Assembly: GCA_963668025.2 (NCBI GenBank)
Contig: CAXXTH010000003.1
Span: 32,001-96,000 of the forward strand
Length of the DNA stretch: 64,000 nt
Reading direction: 5' to 3'
From: Candidatus Hydrogenedentota bacterium
GTDB lineage: Bacteria; Hydrogenedentota; Hydrogenedentia; Hydrogenedentales; SLHB01
A program made the translations under genes and the position numbers. Below, piece after piece: positions 59,802 through 64,000 of the stretch. The notes below the pieces were generated by a model. The model was not told the DNA's origin, did no database searches, and saw nothing but the letters and a program-made list of their open reading frames with translations. How positions within the stretch are numbered: position 1 is the first letter of the stretch; each line of letters opens with the position of its first letter.

Positions 59802-61597
59802 GCCTTCCTCTCAAACGCCGCATCAAGGGCGTCCATGGTTGTTTCAACTCGATGGGCTAGGCTTTTCACAGCCATCGACGAAAGGCCTTCACCGGCGTAA
59901 CGGGTCCGTTCGCATTCTCGTAACAGATCTACGATTTGGGCGCGCAAACCATTCTCCAATTGGTGTTGCTCCAACATACGGCCCGCGTCCTGTGGGGTCA
60001 AACTTGCCGCTTCGACTGCATATTTATCCGCTATATACCCCATCAACGCGTGATACGCCCGTTCCGTGGGGTCATGCTCCCGATGGCGGGCATATAGCCT
60101 GTGCTGGGCGCGCGTTCGCGCACGCCGCGCCCGTACACAAGCGGATTCACCCGGCTTGCGGCGGCGTGCGAATTGAATCGCCAAGAAACAGCCGAACACG
60201 AAAGCGGGGGGGAGGAGCCAGGTGGCAATCTCCAGCGTATCATCATGTTTTGGACGCAGAGAACCAGCGATATTCATGATAGGCCGTATATCTTCATCCT
60301 CTTCTTTTTCCACAACCAACGGTTTTTCATTTGTAACCGCGCCGTTTGATGTAGCGGTGAGGGTAAAAGGGCCAGCTTGTTCCGTCACATAATGCTCAAG
60401 CGTTGGGTCAAAATAGCAGAAATCCAAAGCGGGAATCTGTATCTGGCCTGCGGTGTGGGGAGTGATTTGATATATGAATACTTTCTCGAAGGCAGGTTCG
60501 CTGGATAGTGAAATGGGGCGGACTCGAGTTTCCGGGCGTGAAACGGATGCCCCATCGATAGGAGGAAACTCGGGCGGGCTGATGGCGTTAGGATTCCCAT
60601 TGCCCACAATAGTCAAGTGAAAATCCGCTGGAGTGCCTACTGGAGACACGCCCGCTCCCATATCTCCCCGCAATTTGAATTGGCCCACTGCCCCACTGAA
60701 CGCCGCTGGCGGCTCGGGAAGCGGTTTAACTTGTATGGCGACAGGCTCCGCCTCGGCTTGAAACTCCTTGCGTTCGATGCCTCCTTGTGCGGTTTCGATA
60801 TAAGTTTGGCCTGCATATTGCCATGTCCCGACGGATAATTGCCCGGCGGCGGCAGGGTAGAGGGCGTACAGGCGCTCATGCCGGATACTATATCGTTCTT
60901 GGTCCCAGGCCGTTTTCGCATCTGGTTGGAGTACACTATCGTCAAGCCGGATGACATAAAAGCCTTCCACCGCTGGCTCTGTAATGCGGATATCTTGGAA
61001 ACGCATGGGGGTGTTCTTATCCTCAATGCACAATAACCGCAAGAGGATAGGTTCATTTACATAGGCGTCAAGCTTATCGGGCGACGATAGAACATGCACC
61101 CATTCTTCCCGGGTAGGAGATAACACCGTTTCAGTTGGCGTGGGGGAGGGCATTCGCGAAGAACGTTTCGGGCGTATAAGCATTGAATCTGGCTCGACCT
61201 GTAAACTTAGAGGGGCGCTTTCATGTATTTCGCCATCTATCTCGATGCGAATAGGCGGAATGCGGAGCAGGCCATCCCGAAAAGTCCGCGCATCGTACAT
61301 CCTCACGATGGAACGTTCCATGTGGTAATTCACCATGTTGGAAGTATCCCGGCGGTAAGCGGGAATAGGATTGATTCTGATTCCATCGCATTCCGGCAGC
61401 ATAGGCTCTCCAACCGAAATCCCATGCGCCTCTACGGTAATGCGGAATGCTTCATTCGTACGGAGCTCCTCCGTGGAGGCCGTGGCTTTAATCGCCGATT
61501 CTTCTGAACGGGCTTTATGCATCGGCAGCATCATCGAAACAACACAAAACACCCAGGCTGCAGCGAGGAAATGGAATTGTCCTGGATTTACCACCAT
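59798..61597 (-). CDS. batD: BatD-like protein
   Basis: Ig-like repeats, FSGAVGQF, G.GN, YFDP...Y, TM helix and a CE..RYA tail. Confidence 0.78.
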   Translation of the reverse strand: MVVNPGQFHFLAAAWVFCVVSMMLPMHKARSEESAIKATASTEELRTNEAFRITVEAHGISVGEPMLPECDGIRINPIPAYRRDTSNMVNYHMERSIVRMYDARTFRDGLLRIPPIRIEIDGEIHESAPLSLQVEPDSMLIRPKRSSRMPSPTPTETVLSPTREEWVHVLSSPDKLDAYVNEPILLRLLCIEDKNTPMRFQDIRITEPAVEGFYVIRLDDSVLQPDAKTAWDQERYSIRHERLYALYPAAAGQLSVGTWQYAGQTYIETAQGGIERKEFQAEAEPVAIQVKPLPEPPAAFSGAVGQFKLRGDMGAGVSPVGTPADFHLTIVGNGNPNAISPPEFPPIDGASVSRPETRVRPISLSSEPAFEKVFIYQITPHTAGQIQIPALDFCYFDPTLEHYVTEQAGPFTLTATSNGAVTNEKPLVVEKEEDEDIRPIMNIAGSLRPKHDDTLEIATWLLPPAFVFGCFLAIQFARRRKPGESACVRARRARTRAQHRLYARHREHDPTERAYHALMGYIADKYAVEAASLTPQDAGRMLEQHQLENGLRAQIVDLLRECERTRYAGEGLSSMAVKSLAHRVETTMDALDAAFERKA

Positions 61598-63564
61598 TCC
61601 CTCCGGGTGCGCTGCTCGGGCGGGCCTGAACGCATGAGCCGCTGTTCCCGCTGATCAATGTCTTCCAGCGATTGGAGAATAGCCTCTGCGGCGCGGCGGT
61701 CTATCGAGTGGCCGTTCGCTTTGGTGTTGGGCTCGGAAGCATCCATGGGAGCGGCGTCATGTTCCTTTTCCGGGGATTCCTCCCCATCCTTGCCCGAGGA
61801 TTCTGGCTGGCTGGATTCAGGCAATTCTTGTTTCGGTTGCTCTTGCTGGGATTCCGTCGTTTTAGATTCCGGCTGTTCATTGGGCTGAGGGCCTTGGCCA
61901 GCATGTGAACCCACATCAGGCGCGGGCTTTTGCTCCTGCTCAGGCGGCTGTTGAAGCAATTTCTTGAGTTGGTATTGCACGTGGTCCAGATTCTGCCGCG
62001 CTTCTTTGAAATCCGGATACTGCGCCAAAAGCGCATGATACCCTTCAATGGCCTTGCGGAAAGCAGGCACTATCTGTTCGATATCGCCGCGATGGACGCC
62101 CATTATCGCCGTTCGGGCGGCGCAATTAACACCGTTAAATGCGGCGTTACGGTGAAAAATACCTTCTGATTCGGCGGCAGCTTGTTCAAACGCCGCCCGT
62201 GCATGCTCGAAGGCGGCGGCGGCGTCTTCGAAGCTATCCACGGTGGCATGTTGTTCCGCGGACGCATAATATGCACAGCCTATTGCGTACTGAAGAAAAG
62301 GCGAATCCGGCTCTTCGATCTGCAATTCCCGAAATAGCGGCAGGGCTTGTTCAGCGTCTCCGCTGCGGACAAAGGCGTTGCCGTGTTTCAAACGCGCGCT
62401 GAAAGACTCCGCGCCAGCGCCAGCCGCCCCCGCCAGAAGGCAGGCGGCCACAAGCAGAGCGGTAGGATGGAATCGCCTTGCTGGCGAAGGCGCTTGGGGC
62501 TGCTGCTTCGTCTCGCGCCGCATGCGCCGGGCGCGAACCAAGGGCATTAAGACGATCCAAAAGCCTTCCGATGCAAAGCACAAAATAGCGCCTAACAAAG
62601 GCCATTGGTATCGGTTGGTCTGATGGCTGCGCATTTCGCTATCCACGTTCCGCGCCGCAATGCTGCGGAATAGGGCCTTGAGCTGGCCAGCATTCCAGTC
62701 CGGGGATTGAGCGCGCACATATTCGCCTCCGCCAGCGCGCGCCATGTTTGCCAGGTTTTCTTCATCCAGAATGGACAAGTGGGAGCCTTCGCCGCTTGCG
62801 TCCGTTTGGCACGGAGACCATTCTGGCGGCGGCACAAGCGCTCCTCCCGGGCTTCCAATACCGAGTGCAAACACACGGGCATACTCCGCCAATTCTTGAA
62901 CCGCAGCCATCGTGTCGCCGGATACCTGCTCGCCGTCGGAGACGAAAAGCACCGCCCGCGAATTCGGCTCCGAGGCGGCTCCACGTTCCCGCTCATCATC
63001 CAAGAGCTTGCGCGCTACGCGCAGTGCAACAGCCAAATCAGTGCCCTTTTGGCTGATGGTATGGGTGTCTACGGAATCGAGTACGGCGCGGAAGTAGCTG
63101 CGGTCGAGTGTAAATGGGCACTGGAGAATTGCCGCGCCAGCGAAGGCGATAAGCCCAAAACGGTCCTCGGGGGATTGCTCCGCGAGTAGGGCGATGCTGC
63201 TTTTGGCGCACATCAAGCGGCTGGGAGGGAAGTCGTCCGCACGCATGCTCTCCGATGTATCGAGCAATACCAAGATGTCGCGGCTTTCATGCAAGGTTTC
63301 TTCTTGCGTTTGGCCCCAATGCGGCTGGGCGAACGCCAAAGCCAGCAAAGCGAAACCGGCCAGCGCCAGCCAAGCCAAAGGTTTTCGGATGGATTCATCA
63401 TACCCATGGAGCAGCCGGGGCGCTAAAGCCGCCTCGACGAACTGTGTTATCCGCGCTTTTCGACGGCGTTCTAACACATATATTCCCCATGCCAAAGCCG
63501 CCCAGACTGCTAAAGCCATGGCGGCCCATATAGGCCACATGCTATTGGGAAATATGAATTGCAT
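61588..63564 (-). CDS. BatB/BatC-like VWA plus TPR fusion
   Basis: LDTSESM (MIDAS), GTDL and SDGE; TPRs; Gln/Glu-rich tail ending WW. Confidence 0.82.
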   Translation of the reverse strand: MQFIFPNSMWPIWAAMALAVWAALAWGIYVLERRRKARITQFVEAALAPRLLHGYDESIRKPLAWLALAGFALLALAFAQPHWGQTQEETLHESRDILVLLDTSESMRADDFPPSRLMCAKSSIALLAEQSPEDRFGLIAFAGAAILQCPFTLDRSYFRAVLDSVDTHTISQKGTDLAVALRVARKLLDDERERGAASEPNSRAVLFVSDGEQVSGDTMAAVQELAEYARVFALGIGSPGGALVPPPEWSPCQTDASGEGSHLSILDEENLANMARAGGGEYVRAQSPDWNAGQLKALFRSIAARNVDSEMRSHQTNRYQWPLLGAILCFASEGFWIVLMPLVRARRMRRETKQQPQAPSPARRFHPTALLVAACLLAGAAGAGAESFSARLKHGNAFVRSGDAEQALPLFRELQIEEPDSPFLQYAIGCAYYASAEQHATVDSFEDAAAAFEHARAAFEQAAAESEGIFHRNAAFNGVNCAARTAIMGVHRGDIEQIVPAFRKAIEGYHALLAQYPDFKEARQNLDHVQYQLKKLLQQPPEQEQKPAPDVGSHAGQGPQPNEQPESKTTESQQEQPKQELPESSQPESSGKDGEESPEKEHDAAPMDASEPNTKANGHSIDRRAAEAILQSLEDIDQREQRLMRSGPPEQRTRREWW

Positions 63565-63655
63565 GTTTAATAATTCCTACATCAACAGTATAGCCATCCC
63601 CGGAGGCGGGAATGGGGCAGTGGCAGTACATGGTGCATATGCAATTTCCGCCTCC

Positions 63656-64000
63656 TCATGGAATAGGATCAAACCACATACGGCGGCTGAACAACGACAA
63701 ACCCATCAGCAAAGCCCCCGCCGCCGCCCAAGGCAGGAACCGATCTTCATAATCCACATATCCCATTACTTCAATGGGCGTGGTTTCGAGTTCGTTGATC
63801 TCCACATAGGCTTTCTGGATAGCCGAGGAGTCGGTCGCCCGGAAGAACTTGCCTCCCGTGGCCTGGGCGATTTTCGTCAAGGATTCCGCATCCACGGGAA
63901 TGCGCATCCGCACGATTTGCTCACCGAGAGGAGTTTGGCGAGGTATAAACACCTGGCCATCCGAACCGGCGCCGATAGTGTAGATGCGGATGCCATATTC
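63656..64000 (-). CDS. batA: BatA-like VWA protein, 3' end (runs off the window)
   Basis: IYTIGAG, DAESLTKIA..TGGKFFRAT, INELE and a C-terminal TM helix. Confidence 0.8.
   Translation of the reverse strand, partial: EYGIRIYTIGAGSDGQVFIPRQTPLGEQIVRMRIPVDAESLTKIAQATGGKFFRATDSSAIQKAYVEINELETTPIEVMGYVDYEDRFLPWAAAGALLMGLSLFSRRMWFDPIP

Overview
This 64-kb window is gene-dense bacterial chromosome. The gene content suggests a diderm anaerobe, possibly Ca. Hydrogenedentes-like, but that is inference only. From left to right it carries: a heavy-metal-binding lipoprotein; stacked integrase and IS remnants; a tight minus-strand operon of a PlsR-like gene, a GT-C glycosyltransferase, a PlsA/Ger-like gene (candidate ether-lipid/plasmalogen reductase) and an RluB-like protein lacking its catalytic Asp; a GHMP kinase frameshifted at a T8 run; an ISKra4-family IS (27-bp IRs, 9-bp TSD) whose transposase is interrupted by a second, intact DDE IS; murB; pilT; an ECF sigma/anti-sigma/DUF4097 trio; an S9 peptidase; menA; a lower-GC glycan-modification patch; a methyltransferase-ATP-grasp fusion; a surface protein with a long structured leader; rmd-gmd; gltA; zinc-ribbon/TPR genes; terB; degQ-glnD; an RND efflux operon with MarR; and the 3' part of a bat operon. 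I found no tRNA, rRNA or CRISPR array. The best leads are the split pls-like operon with its GT-C and pseudoenzyme passengers, the inner IS whose non-coding ends contain copies of its own target and junction sequence, the structured 5' leader, and the REP-containing intergenic cassette. All calls are from reading the sequence; no searches were run.
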